From a virus (taxonomy: Duplodnaviria > Caudoviricetes), in the IMG/VR virus record IMGVR_UViG_3300031414_000007, positions 32,001 to 96,000 of that record: 64,000 bases of DNA; one strand, written 5' to 3'. Numbering within the stretch: position 1 is the stretch's first letter; every line of letters starts with the position of its first letter. Below, in pieces: positions 9,123 through 18,421 of the stretch. Under the pieces are notes generated by a model. That model made no database searches, was not told the DNA's origin, and worked only from the letters and a program-made list of their open reading frames with translations. The translations under genes and the position numbers were made by a program.

Positions 9123-9689
9123 ATGTCTTATTGTTTAGTTCGTGCAATGATGGTTGCTCATGTACAGGATGGACAACTTGTTTGTTCTAAATACAAGATC
9201 AAACTCAGTGCGAGTAACTCCACGCAACTGCATAACTTCATGCACCGCATCTTCTTTGAGTACAACGGCCGTATTCTGCTAGAAGATGAACAGGACCGCG
9301 ACGTGCTGCCTACACTTAACTACCGCAAGCAAGCCAAAGTGCTTGAAGGTAATGGCAGCGTGTTCAGTCGCATCACCCAACTCGGCCAAAAGCACGGCAT
9401 CACCTGTCATCTGGTGAACACGTTCAAGTCGAACCTTGACGAAATTGCTTACGTGTTCTATCTGGTGCAGCCTACTGGCGTTGCATGTCAGGTACTCGAT
9501 ACTGACAAAGAAGAACTCTGGGGCAAGACGCTGCTAGTGGGCGCTGACTCTGACGTTGACTATGTAGGGCGCAACGTTGTGCCAATCTTCTGCGATGAAA
9601 ACTACAACGTTGACGACGCAGTGCTGGGCAACAACCTGTTCACCCTGCACGACGATACCACCAAACTGATGGTGATGGTCGGCAAGTAA
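9123..9689 (+). CDS. hypothetical protein
   Basis: GGGAG RBS, 188-aa ORF. Confidence 0.75.
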   Translation: MSYCLVRAMMVAHVQDGQLVCSKYKIKLSASNSTQLHNFMHRIFFEYNGRILLEDEQDRDVLPTLNYRKQAKVLEGNGSVFSRITQLGQKHGITCHLVNTFKSNLDEIAYVFYLVQPTGVACQVLDTDKEELWGKTLLVGADSDVDYVGRNVVPIFCDENYNVDDAVLGNNLFTLHDDTTKLMVMVGK

Positions 9690-9690
9690 A

Positions 9691-9873
9691 ATGATACGCT
9701 ACCCGATAATATTCCTCGCTACATGGATTCTGGTAGCGTACTCATTATCGACACTGGATGTTTCATCTGAGTGGTGTGAAAGAATAGGCATGGTATCTGC
9801 CGCTATCATCACTCACATCGAAATCAAATGGCAGCGCTTCATCAAGAAGCATTGTCAATATCCCGCCGAGTAA
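9691..9873 (+). CDS. small membrane protein
   Basis: 60-aa ORF with hydrophobic segments. Confidence 0.5.
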   Translation: MIRYPIIFLATWILVAYSLSTLDVSSEWCERIGMVSAAIITHIEIKWQRFIKKHCQYPAE

Positions 9874-9932
9874 TCGGCATATCGGTGTGCGGCACAGACG
9901 TGACTGCACCCTCTACCTAAAAGGTATGTACT

Positions 9933-10148
9933 ATGTCCAAGAAACACACTTCGTATACCAGCGCGTTCGCAATCGGTGAAATGGCTGTTCTGTCTCTCGA
10001 TAACTTTGCAGACTGCGAACTGCCTTACGGTGTAGTTGAAGGCGTTCTGTTCTACGGGCCTCAAGTGCGCTATCGCTTGTCGCTGTTTGTGAATGATGGT
10101 CCTGCTTCTTCACCTAAAGCATATCGCCATTCAACATTCCTGTTATGA
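9933..10148 (+). CDS. hypothetical protein
   Basis: AAGGT RBS; 71 aa. Confidence 0.55.
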   Translation: MSKKHTSYTSAFAIGEMAVLSLDNFADCELPYGVVEGVLFYGPQVRYRLSLFVNDGPASSPKAYRHSTFLL

Positions 10149-10390
10149 TCACTGGTGTGCGCTACGAAGAAGGCAAAGTGCTGTATGACGTGAGCATTCA
10201 GCGCAAGCACTACGAAGATGGTTCCATTCGTATCGACACTTCGACAACGTATGGCCGTTTGGTGGGTGACTCGCTGCATAGCGTTGACTCAATCTTTCTG
10301 AAACCTGTTGGTGGTTGGCGTAACCCTATTACCTCGGGCCGCTTGGACAGCAACGCAGAAAACAAAAGCAATGTACCTCGTTCTGAATAA
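10145..10390 (+). CDS. hypothetical protein
   Basis: ATGA overlap; 81 aa. Confidence 0.55.
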   Translation: MITGVRYEEGKVLYDVSIQRKHYEDGSIRIDTSTTYGRLVGDSLHSVDSIFLKPVGGWRNPITSGRLDSNAENKSNVPRSE

Positions 10391-10399
10391 CTAACTGAT

Positions 10400-10428
10400 G
10401 GGTAGCTACGGCTGCCCATTTTTGTTTT
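10400..10428 (+). terminator. intrinsic terminator
   Basis: GGGTAGC-TACG-GCTGCCC followed by T-tract. Confidence 0.85.
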
Positions 10429-10474
10429 TATGTGTAATTTTATTGGACATTCCTTCGTTCGAGGTACGACGTCC

Positions 10475-11470
10475 ATGCAATTCGCAATAGCAAATACATT
10501 AGGGCTGCCAGCAGACGTTCTGGCTTCGGCAAAAGCACGGCTGCTGTTATTCGATGCGTCTGTAGACCCAAGGCTCGCAGTAAGAGATTGGACTCAGTAC
10601 GCCGTTCAATGCAGAGGAGTAATAGCAAGTCTTGTTGGCAGTGTGTATACCACAGGACAAGTTCAAGGTGTGCGTGACGGAAAACATTATCCTGCGACTG
10701 GAGGTGTTCTTACACAATCAGCACAAACAACACCTCTGGCCGCAACTAACTATACAACTCTGGTAGATTTTGATACAAGCAATTCCAGTCTTGGCATCAA
10801 GTACGGAAGTCGAATAAGACTGCCGTCCAGTAAAGCCACACCATTCACCTGGGATAGTGATGGTTACGGACTTCCTCAAGATCTGATGCTCATTTCTTCT
10901 AAAACAGGTGAGTTGAAGGCTGAGGTGAGTGCAAGCGTCAGTTGTTATTTCACCAGAACGTTCAAGCCCGATCCGAATCGCACCATAACTCGAACGAACA
11001 CTATAAATAGCTATTCTGTTCTTCGTGGTATCAAGCTAAATAAGACTGCGGTCAACTTGAATTTTCGTATAGCCCCCGCAGTGTGGGCACAGTCTAAAGT
11101 CGCAGATCTGCCTGCAGGGATCTTTCTTGCCAATAGAGCAATTCAGGGAGTCTACTACGAAACTGAGTATTACAAAACAAGCTATGCACCTGTAGATAAA
11201 TTTCAGAATGGTGATGCTGGATATATTCCTCTAGGGACCGTTAGAGAGATTCCAGTTTATCTGGACTCAACAGAAGAGGATGAAACCGTGGTGCCGACTT
11301 GGGCAGCGCTGCAAGTTGACTCAATTAGAGGTGAATCCCTTCTGACATTCACTGTAGGCGAAGATGGAGATTTTATTCCTACGTCCTCGTGTGTCCCAGG
11401 TAAATATCTGACGCTGGTGGAAAATCCAAATAAGATGTTGCGCGTCAGTCAACATCTACAGAACCTATGA
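10475..11470 (+). CDS. hypothetical protein, probably virion-associated
   Basis: GAGGT RBS before ATG 10475; Thr/Ser-rich beta-type composition; flanked by terminators. Confidence 0.75.
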   Translation: MQFAIANTLGLPADVLASAKARLLLFDASVDPRLAVRDWTQYAVQCRGVIASLVGSVYTTGQVQGVRDGKHYPATGGVLTQSAQTTPLAATNYTTLVDFDTSNSSLGIKYGSRIRLPSSKATPFTWDSDGYGLPQDLMLISSKTGELKAEVSASVSCYFTRTFKPDPNRTITRTNTINSYSVLRGIKLNKTAVNLNFRIAPAVWAQSKVADLPAGIFLANRAIQGVYYETEYYKTSYAPVDKFQNGDAGYIPLGTVREIPVYLDSTEEDETVVPTWAALQVDSIRGESLLTFTVGEDGDFIPTSSCVPGKYLTLVENPNKMLRVSQHLQNL

Positions 11471-11476
11471 AAATAA

Positions 11477-11501
11477 GGGTGGCTTCGGCCGCCCATTTTT
11501 G
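11477..11501 (+). terminator. intrinsic terminator
   Basis: GGGTGGC-TTCG-GCCGCCC plus T-tract. Confidence 0.85.
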
Positions 11502-11508
11502 TATCTAT

Positions 11509-11520
11509 AATCTGTAAATA
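11509..11520 (+). promoter_or_regulatory. AATCTGTAAATA phage promoter-like motif, copy 1
   Basis: Exact 12-mer found 4 times at gene boundaries. Confidence 0.7.
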
Positions 11521-11537
11521 TCAGACAGGAGGATAGC

Positions 11538-11885
11538 ATGAAAGATGATATGTACGAAATTCGGAATTTCATCAAGGGCCGCCTCGATGAAGAAACGAAG
11601 GATATCGTTATGAGTGATGAAATGGTACTTAGCCGTACTCGTGACATTGCTGGTGGCGTTATCCGAGCTATCACGCGCAATATGCGTAGTGATGGATTTA
11701 GTATCGTGTGCGACAGCACTATCAACACACAAGCGCTGATTGACAACAATGTTCTGGCAGTTGACATTGTGATCAGTGACTCGCGTTTGGCCAATCAAAT
11801 ACTTAGAGGGAACGACAATGCTAAAACGTCTATTAGCTTTGTTCTGGCGGAAGAAGAAAACACCACCGGTCAAAAAGAGCTTTGA
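11538..11885 (+). CDS. hypothetical protein
   Basis: AGGAGG RBS. Confidence 0.75.
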   Translation: MKDDMYEIRNFIKGRLDEETKDIVMSDEMVLSRTRDIAGGVIRAITRNMRSDGFSIVCDSTINTQALIDNNVLAVDIVISDSRLANQILRGNDNAKTSISFVLAEEENTTGQKEL

Positions 11886-12303
11886 AGAAAAGCTGGATGA
11901 CCTAAGTGACCAGATTCGTCGAGATGACGAACATCTGCGCCGCGTATTGCACACTGGTCATCAGCCTGTGCGTAAGAAAGAGCGCGTCACGGTTACCGTA
12001 GAGCCGCCGAAGAAACGCTATCAGACTAAGCCGACGCCTATGCCTGAACGCAAGAACTTCAACGGTCAACCTCGTCGCGGTATGACAGTGAATCATGCTT
12101 CTTCTAGTCGCGCTCAGACAGACGATTTAATGCTGGCTGTGATGATGCAGCAGACCTACGTTGCACCCACACCAAGTCGTTCGCACGATGATAACTGTCG
12201 CGTAGATCATACGCCGAGCTATCGACATAGCGACCCTGACCCAAGCCCCTCATACGAGGGCGGTTCTGATTCTGGTTACAGCGGAGGTGGTTCCTGTGAT
12301 TAA
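11818..12303 (+). CDS. hypothetical protein with Ser/Gly/Asp-rich tail
   Basis: GAGGG RBS before ATG 11818; ends SYEGGSDSGYSGGGSCD. Confidence 0.65.
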   Translation: MLKRLLALFWRKKKTPPVKKSFEEKLDDLSDQIRRDDEHLRRVLHTGHQPVRKKERVTVTVEPPKKRYQTKPTPMPERKNFNGQPRRGMTVNHASSSRAQTDDLMLAVMMQQTYVAPTPSRSHDDNCRVDHTPSYRHSDPDPSPSYEGGSDSGYSGGGSCD

Positions 12304-12637
12304 ACGTCTAATGAACTGGATAGGCTTGATGCTTATCTCTGAATCAAACAAGCGTAAACTCCGTCAGCACGAAGCAATGATGCGCGCCTGTACTGACGTT
12401 TACGATTGGTGCGGTGCTGACTTGCCTCAGACGGCCGAAGCTGTCGAGTACGTTCGCACACGCGCATTAGGCTATGAGAACCGATTGAACGTCCACAACG
12501 GTAAAATCATGACGCCATACGAAGCGCACACAGGCATTAGCAACTGGCGTGATGCGATGCGCAGTAAGTATCTGCATAGCGAAGTGGACTTTGACGGCAA
12601 GGCGTTCGCAGCACCAAAGGCAGATTCTGTAAACTAA
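12296..12637 (+). CDS. hypothetical protein
   Basis: GGAGG RBS, GTG start. Confidence 0.65.
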   Translation: MIKRLMNWIGLMLISESNKRKLRQHEAMMRACTDVYDWCGADLPQTAEAVEYVRTRALGYENRLNVHNGKIMTPYEAHTGISNWRDAMRSKYLHSEVDFDGKAFAAPKADSVN

Positions 12638-12666
12638 GAACACGAACAACATATACCGAGAAAAAT

Positions 12667-13131
12667 ATGGAACGTAACTCAAACGAAAAGATTGTGGTGC
12701 TGGATGTAGATATGTACCGCACTCTCGTACAATACGCAGAGTGCGGTGAACGCGACTGCGGGCCTAACTTCTTTGGAAAATCCGTGAAAGAACTCGAAAA
12801 ACATGCACGGCACTTTAATCCACATCTACGCGCACCGTTTGAGCAGATGTTGACTAACGAGCGTTTGGGTAAAGCCGAACGTCGTCGGCTGGTGAAGAAA
12901 GCACGTCGCCTTAGTTCCCAGCGCGAGCCTGTACGCTTCCTCGTTGACCACCAGCACAAGGTAATCTATCCGATTATCATCACTGGTGTGTCGTCTGACA
13001 ATCAACTGCGTTTGAAGTATCACGCACTGTCTGACGGCTGGGATTCGGCTGCTATGGTTGATCGCATCTTCGAAACACCAGAAGAGTTGCCTCAGTCCTA
13101 TCGTATGCTCAAGGAAGGGGAGAACGTCTGA
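12667..13131 (+). CDS. hypothetical protein
   Basis: 154-aa ORF. Confidence 0.7.
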   Translation: MERNSNEKIVVLDVDMYRTLVQYAECGERDCGPNFFGKSVKELEKHARHFNPHLRAPFEQMLTNERLGKAERRRLVKKARRLSSQREPVRFLVDHQHKVIYPIIITGVSSDNQLRLKYHALSDGWDSAAMVDRIFETPEELPQSYRMLKEGENV

Positions 13132-13532
13132 TGAAAGCACTGTCTATTCGTCAACCTTGGGCTTGGCTGATTACCAAAGGTCACAAGAAGATTGAGAACC
13201 GTACGTGGGACACAAAGAAACGCGGACGCTTTCTCATTCATGCAAGTTCGAAACGTCCTAGTGACGACGACATGCGTGTGGCCAAAGAGATCTGCGACGG
13301 CCTGAACATCAAGCTGCCTGAGAAGCATGAGTTCGAGCTGGGAGCTATCGTGGGCTATGCTACTCTGTGCGGTACGACAACGCAATCTGACGACCCGTTC
13401 TTCTTCGGGCCTGTTGGTCTGCAACTGAAAGACTGTCGTGCTACCGAGCCTGTTCGTTGCAAAGGCGCTCTCAGTTTCTTTAACACACCGTACTGTGTCG
13501 TAGGCGGTAATGTGATCTTGTCTCCACGATGA
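13131..13532 (+). CDS. ASCH domain protein
   Basis: MKALSIRQPWAWLI-G-K-IENRTW...GRFLIHAS signature. Confidence 0.88.
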   Translation: MKALSIRQPWAWLITKGHKKIENRTWDTKKRGRFLIHASSKRPSDDDMRVAKEICDGLNIKLPEKHEFELGAIVGYATLCGTTTQSDDPFFFGPVGLQLKDCRATEPVRCKGALSFFNTPYCVVGGNVILSPR

Positions 13533-13744
13533 GGCCCATACTGGTTGTTCATGGAGGCAAAGTTCTGCCCGCTCAACTGGTAAATGAAGATCGTAAAGAC
13601 GTGTACTTTGTTCGGCACATGACGATCAGAGGACAAAACGTGTACGTCGCAGGATTGGCACCAGTTGCTACTGTTGTGTTTCTCTATGGATACTCGCCTA
13701 CTGTTGATGACTATGAAGTTGTAAAACAGATGCGAGGCAAGTAA
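13529..13744 (+). CDS. hypothetical protein
   Basis: ATGA overlap, 71 aa. Confidence 0.55.
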   Translation: MRPILVVHGGKVLPAQLVNEDRKDVYFVRHMTIRGQNVYVAGLAPVATVVFLYGYSPTVDDYEVVKQMRGK

Positions 13745-13747
13745 ATC

Positions 13748-13773
13748 AAGGGTGGCCTGACGGCTGCCCTTTT
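13748..13773 (+). terminator. intrinsic terminator
   Basis: AAGGGTGGCC-TGAC-GGCTGCCCTTTT. Confidence 0.8.
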
Positions 13774-13790
13774 CGCGTTTAAGGAGCGTT

Positions 13791-14195
13791 ATGTTACCGT
13801 TTGCACCTAAGACCCGCGTAGTCAGTATGCGTAACGGCAATAAGGACTATGATGTTCGTATTGACCGGGAAACGAAGTGGGGCAACAAGTTCTATATGAC
13901 CAAAGAGACTGTGGCCGAACGTGACCGTGTGTGCGATGGACATGAGATAGATCTGTGGTTAAAAATCTACAGTGGTGAGATACGCATAGGTCATTTGCTT
14001 GAACTCTATGGTAAACGTCTTGGCTGTTGGTGTAGTCCCAAACGCTGTCACGGAGATGCGTTAGCTAGAGCGGCTGAGTGGGCGTACAATGCAAACTGTA
14101 AATGGGAGCGTATAAAAGCCACTTACAGGAAGCGCCGACGTGCAGCAAACAAAGCCAATAGCAAGAAAGGTAGGAAGAAAGTTTCTCGGAAGTAG
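13791..14195 (+). CDS. DUF4326 domain protein
   Basis: RIDR-TKWGN-F...L-GKRLGCWCSPKRCHGD-L motif. Confidence 0.85.
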   Translation: MLPFAPKTRVVSMRNGNKDYDVRIDRETKWGNKFYMTKETVAERDRVCDGHEIDLWLKIYSGEIRIGHLLELYGKRLGCWCSPKRCHGDALARAAEWAYNANCKWERIKATYRKRRRAANKANSKKGRKKVSRK

Positions 14196-14202
14196 CCCGT
14201 CG

Positions 14203-14694
14203 ATGAAGGCTATGAATTGGGAAGTGTATATCAGTGCATTCAGCGGCAGAGCTTACGGCCAGTTCGCTGTTGCATGGGGCGCTTCTCACATGGTGATTCA
14301 TACACTCGATGTTACCGAGTGTGTGCGCAATAACTGCGACCAGTTATACATCGACAAACTGGACAAGATCATTGAGTGTCTAAATGCGTTCAATGGTCTG
14401 CTTGGTACGACCAACATAGGTCATTGTCGTGAGTGGCTGAATCCTATTGAGACAGGCGCTACAGGCAGTGTGGCGTTCTGCCACTACGTCACTGACAAAG
14501 AAGCCAACATCTATTTCGAGCTGGCATCCTGTACTGAGAAGGTTCGCTTCTATCCCGCACCAGCAGGCAGGCACAAACTGCGTAACCTGAAAACCAGCCT
14601 TGTTCGTTTAGAGCAGGAGCTGATCAAACACAGGCAGGCAATGCTTGATACCATGAGTGTGGTCAACGAAACACGCGCTATGCTAAATCTGTAA
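14203..14694 (+). CDS. hypothetical protein
   Basis: ORF ending within promoter-like motif (AAT CTG TAA). Confidence 0.65.
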   Translation: MKAMNWEVYISAFSGRAYGQFAVAWGASHMVIHTLDVTECVRNNCDQLYIDKLDKIIECLNAFNGLLGTTNIGHCREWLNPIETGATGSVAFCHYVTDKEANIYFELASCTEKVRFYPAPAGRHKLRNLKTSLVRLEQELIKHRQAMLDTMSVVNETRAMLNL

Positions 14695-14697
14695 ATA
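14686..14697 (+). promoter_or_regulatory. AATCTGTAAATA motif, copy 2
   Basis: Exact match overlapping stop codon, upstream of 14736. Confidence 0.7.
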
Positions 14698-14735
14698 TAG
14701 CGTATACCACATATACCTAGAATAAGGAACTTGGC

Positions 14736-15068
14736 ATGGCCATGACTCAAACGCAGTACGCTCTTTCTAAGGTGGCAGAAGAAGCTACCGAGATCGCAAA
14801 AGAGTGCCACAAGATCATGCACTTCGGGTTTAACTCATTTGACCCGAATGACCCAAAGCGCGTTAAGAACATTGACCGCCTGATTGCTGAACTGCATGAT
14901 CTCGAAGGCGCCCTCCTGTTTCTGCGTGATAACTCAGGCGGTGAGTTCGAGTTTATCCCCGATACCTGCACTGCGTTGGCTAAGTACGATAAGATTGCAC
15001 GGCACATGGGCTACGCGATTGAGTCTGGTAATGTTGAACCTTTCGATTTAGAAGACGAGGATGAATAA
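14736..15068 (+). CDS. MazG-like nucleotide pyrophosphohydrolase
   Basis: KVAEEATEIAKECHKIMHFG...ELHDL all-alpha NTP-PPase pattern. Confidence 0.65.
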   Translation: MAMTQTQYALSKVAEEATEIAKECHKIMHFGFNSFDPNDPKRVKNIDRLIAELHDLEGALLFLRDNSGGEFEFIPDTCTALAKYDKIARHMGYAIESGNVEPFDLEDEDE

Positions 15069-15583
15069 TGAGTTACTCTTTCGTTGTTGAGTGGAACATC
15101 CGCTTAAAGGCCGATACGCCTAAAGAAGTTATGAGCATGTTGAAAGCGTGGCACAAGCATCCGCACCGCTTCGACGCGTTTTTGAATCTCGGTGTTGACG
15201 TTAGTGCTGCGTTGGGTTGTGGTCTGGATTCAATCGCAGGTATTTACTACGAGAGTAACTTCATTCACGGCTCCGGCGTCGTGCCGTATATCCGCACCTG
15301 CGCCAACTTCACGCGACGTAGCTCAGGCACGGATCGTCTGGTAGGTTTCATCAACTGGTTGGAGCCGTATATCGATCATCGTGATGAAGTCATCGGCATC
15401 GTTCGTGGCGAAGATGATCTCTACTGCTATGACGATACGCGTGGTTATGGCTTCGGTCTTATTCCTGAGCCGCCTCCAAGCAAAACGTTCTACGAAATTC
15501 GTATCATCAACAACTGCGCACAAATCGAATATAAGCGTGGTGATCTTCATAACCTTTATCCGTGGGTATCTTATGCTTACTAA
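15068..15583 (+). CDS. hypothetical protein
   Basis: TAATG coupling. Confidence 0.7.
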   Translation: MSYSFVVEWNIRLKADTPKEVMSMLKAWHKHPHRFDAFLNLGVDVSAALGCGLDSIAGIYYESNFIHGSGVVPYIRTCANFTRRSSGTDRLVGFINWLEPYIDHRDEVIGIVRGEDDLYCYDDTRGYGFGLIPEPPPSKTFYEIRIINNCAQIEYKRGDLHNLYPWVSYAY

Positions 15584-16247
15584 CATTGCTCGTCTCGTTG
15601 CTACACAGGCACACTCTGGTCAGGTACGCAAGTACAATAACGAACCGTACATCAATCACCCACTGCGTGTTGCACAGTGGCTGTCTCAGTTTAACGTTGG
15701 TGAGCTGATCGAAGCAGGCGCAATCTGTCACGATGTTCTCGAAGATACCGACGTCGGCTATAGCGCTTTGGAACTCACTGTCGGTACACCTGTTGCTGAC
15801 CTCGTTCGGGAAGTTACTAACGGCGTCTATCCGGCAGGCACTTCTCGCGTTCAGAAGTACTGGGGTAATATCTCCAAGCTACTGACCTCCAGTCATCAGG
15901 CGCAAACGCTCAAGTGCGGTGACGTGTATGACAACTGCAAAGACGTGTACGATCTGGACCCGTCGTATGCAGCGCGTTACATCGCCGAGAAGTTCTTCCT
16001 CGTGCGTCTGTTCACTCGCGCTCAGTCTGACGTGCGCAACGCAACGTTGAACCTACTGTCGTCTGTATACAACGGCATGTCTGACGGGCACCGCATCTAC
16101 TGTCTGGATTACATGCAGCAACTCGAACGTGAGTGTCCGGAAGAACTGTTGATTCACTTCCACAACGCGCTGGTAGAAGCCAACGAACACAATGGCTGTA
16201 CTCTGCGTATCGGAGATGCGTATGGAACTGAAACTGCCGCCGTTTAA
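15573..16247 (+). CDS. HD-domain hydrolase, Mesh1/SpoT-like ((p)ppGpp hydrolase family)
   Basis: AH-GQ-RK...EPYINHP-RV, CHDVLEDT, V-EVT, LK-GD-YDN motifs. Confidence 0.85.
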   Translation: MLTNIARLVATQAHSGQVRKYNNEPYINHPLRVAQWLSQFNVGELIEAGAICHDVLEDTDVGYSALELTVGTPVADLVREVTNGVYPAGTSRVQKYWGNISKLLTSSHQAQTLKCGDVYDNCKDVYDLDPSYAARYIAEKFFLVRLFTRAQSDVRNATLNLLSSVYNGMSDGHRIYCLDYMQQLERECPEELLIHFHNALVEANEHNGCTLRIGDAYGTETAAV

Positions 16248-16596
16248 AACTCGCAGCGTACTGGTAGAGAACATGGAAGTTCGAAACAAACACGCCACAG
16301 CCGTTGTTGCCGTCAGTGAAACAAGCTGGTGGGGTTATCGCAAACGTAACCTGCGCGTTGCAATGAAGTGCGACAAGATCACTCGTAAGGAGATCGAGTG
16401 GTCAGCGCTGGTCAAATGGGATGATGGCTATATTGTTGCTCCCATCTGCGAAGACAGCGACGTCCTTACAGCCGCAAACAACACACTCCGCGATATGCGC
16501 AACATGAACTTGCAGCGTTACGAGCAACTGCTTGCGCATCGCCTGACCATTCACATGAGGAAACATCATGGCCGCACATGCAGTTTATCTGTTTGA
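16222..16596 (+). CDS. hypothetical protein
   Basis: GGAG RBS. Confidence 0.6.
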   Translation: MELKLPPFKTRSVLVENMEVRNKHATAVVAVSETSWWGYRKRNLRVAMKCDKITRKEIEWSALVKWDDGYIVAPICEDSDVLTAANNTLRDMRNMNLQRYEQLLAHRLTIHMRKHHGRTCSLSV

Positions 16597-16951
16597 GAAC
16601 GTGGAAGATGAAGTTGCTTTCACCGAACGCCGCTTTCATAAAAGCATTCTTTTCATGAAGGGCATCAATAAAAACTTGCCTATGGTGGAAGAAAGCAAAG
16701 AAGTAACGTTCGCCGTATACGAAGTGGGTGACACCAAAACGTATGCTGCAACTGTCGGTCAGCCTCTTCCTGAAAATCTGCGTCTGGCACTGAACCTCGA
16801 ACCGGTTCGTGTGTGGCGTCTGATTCGCCGTAAAGACGATGTGTTCTTTGTCGGTGAAAACTCAGAAGCTATCGTTGCAGATAGCGTGGTGCCTATGGAG
16901 ATTCGTGTTGAAGGAGCACAGGATGCAGAACGTTGCTGGTCACGCGCTTGA
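16568..16951 (+). CDS. hypothetical protein
   Basis: GAGGA RBS. Confidence 0.65.
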   Translation: MAAHAVYLFENVEDEVAFTERRFHKSILFMKGINKNLPMVEESKEVTFAVYEVGDTKTYAATVGQPLPENLRLALNLEPVRVWRLIRRKDDVFFVGENSEAIVADSVVPMEIRVEGAQDAERCWSRA

Positions 16952-17579
16952 ACTAACAGCGAAGGACGTTGAGGCTTATTGGCGGGGACGTGCGTATATT
17001 GAAGCGGCTCGTATTGCGCACAACCATCAGGAAGACCCGACTGCGTACACTCTGACCTTTCAGCTCATTGAGCCGTATCTTCCTCAAGGCTGGGAAGTCA
17101 TCAACCCAATACGTGAGCAGCACGAAGGTGAATTGCCTGATGCCGTGTTTGAGCCTGGTGAAACCCTTGAGCCGCGATTCGTCGTCATGCTTGCGTTGAT
17201 GATCGATAGCGATAAAACTCAGGTGGGCGGCAAAACAATTAAATCTATGGCGCATCTGTCTTCTGTTGCGCGTGACAAACGAATCGTGTTGGTGCTTAAC
17301 GGTCACGACACAGCACTTGCGCGGCATCTTGCGCTTGAAGCTGGGTACGAAGTGAGTGAAGCAGGTCTGATTGATATGGCCAAAGCTATTGGCGATAAAG
17401 CTATGCGCCGTGCTGAACACACTGGCTTCTTTGAACTTGATACTCCACGCGAGCGCAAAGAGCGTGACCCGAATCTCGACGCTGTACGACACAAGCATAA
17501 TCGTGTGGGTCGTCATTCAGGCAATCAACGATTTAATGCCAAGTCGCAGCGTCAGAATTTCAAAGGCCGCGGCCGATGA
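16923..17579 (+). CDS. hypothetical protein with basic RG-rich tail
   Basis: AGGAG RBS before ATG 16923. Confidence 0.7.
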   Translation: MQNVAGHALELTAKDVEAYWRGRAYIEAARIAHNHQEDPTAYTLTFQLIEPYLPQGWEVINPIREQHEGELPDAVFEPGETLEPRFVVMLALMIDSDKTQVGGKTIKSMAHLSSVARDKRIVLVLNGHDTALARHLALEAGYEVSEAGLIDMAKAIGDKAMRRAEHTGFFELDTPRERKERDPNLDAVRHKHNRVGRHSGNQRFNAKSQRQNFKGRGR

Positions 17580-17917
17580 AAAACGAAACATATGCGATTG
17601 AGTATGTGGACAACGTACCACTGCGCGTCCATGTCTTTCGGCCAGAGGCAAGCCCTGAGCAGAGTGATTATCAGGCTCTGGTAAGCATTGACGCGTTCGA
17701 TAAGCGTATGTGCCTTGCCTGCAAGAAAGACCCAGCAGTTCGTCGCTTCTGGCTTCAACGTAAGCACGAATGGGAACATCTCGTGGAGTCTGATCGACGC
17801 ATGATGCGTTTGAGAATGTCTCCTACATTCATCAATCTTCCAAAGCAGATACACGAAGACCTCTGGACGTTCTACCGTGAAGTCGGCTGGGACTATAAAA
17901 GCAAACGATTCATTTGA
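17576..17917 (+). CDS. hypothetical protein
   Basis: ATGA overlap. Confidence 0.65.
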   Translation: MKNETYAIEYVDNVPLRVHVFRPEASPEQSDYQALVSIDAFDKRMCLACKKDPAVRRFWLQRKHEWEHLVESDRRMMRLRMSPTFINLPKQIHEDLWTFYREVGWDYKSKRFI

Positions 17918-18073
17918 CCAAAAATCCACTATCTCTGCCGCTGTCTGCTGTTTGCATTCTTGCGGTATCGACGCGCACGGGAGTCTTTCTCGATGTGCTT
18001 AATAATGAAAAGACACCAGCAGGCCAATGTATCAGTCGTGTTGTAGATGCTGTCCTTGCTGAGGGGAGTTCTT

Positions 18074-18421
18074 ATGGACTTGAAAGACTGGTTGATCACA
18101 ACGGAGACAATCGTCCACAAGATGGTTGTTGACCCCGTTGAAGGTACGGCTGCTGGGCTAGTCGAAACTGTTTACTACGGACCGAAACGTCTTGGTCGTC
18201 GTCGCATTCAGGGCATTAGTCGTTCGTGCATCTGCCACGATATTTATCGTCGTCAGGCAGTTTGGATGGACGTCAACGGCATGGACGAACTACTGCCAAA
18301 GCACAACACGGCCAAGTCATTGTGTCGTAGACTACGCACAGAAATCAATAAACTCGTAGCAGAGGGTAAAGTAAATGGTGAGTCCATTAGCAAAAATCAA
18401 CATCGGCAGCCCATTGCCTGA
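18074..18421 (+). CDS. hypothetical protein
   Basis: GAGGGGAG RBS. Confidence 0.65.
   Translation: MDLKDWLITTETIVHKMVVDPVEGTAAGLVETVYYGPKRLGRRRIQGISRSCICHDIYRRQAVWMDVNGMDELLPKHNTAKSLCRRLRTEINKLVAEGKVNGESISKNQHRQPIA

Noticed and set aside
9933-10390. Programmed frameshift joining the two ORFs
   Set aside because: No slippery heptamer or stimulatory structure; the ATGA overlap fits ordinary translational coupling.
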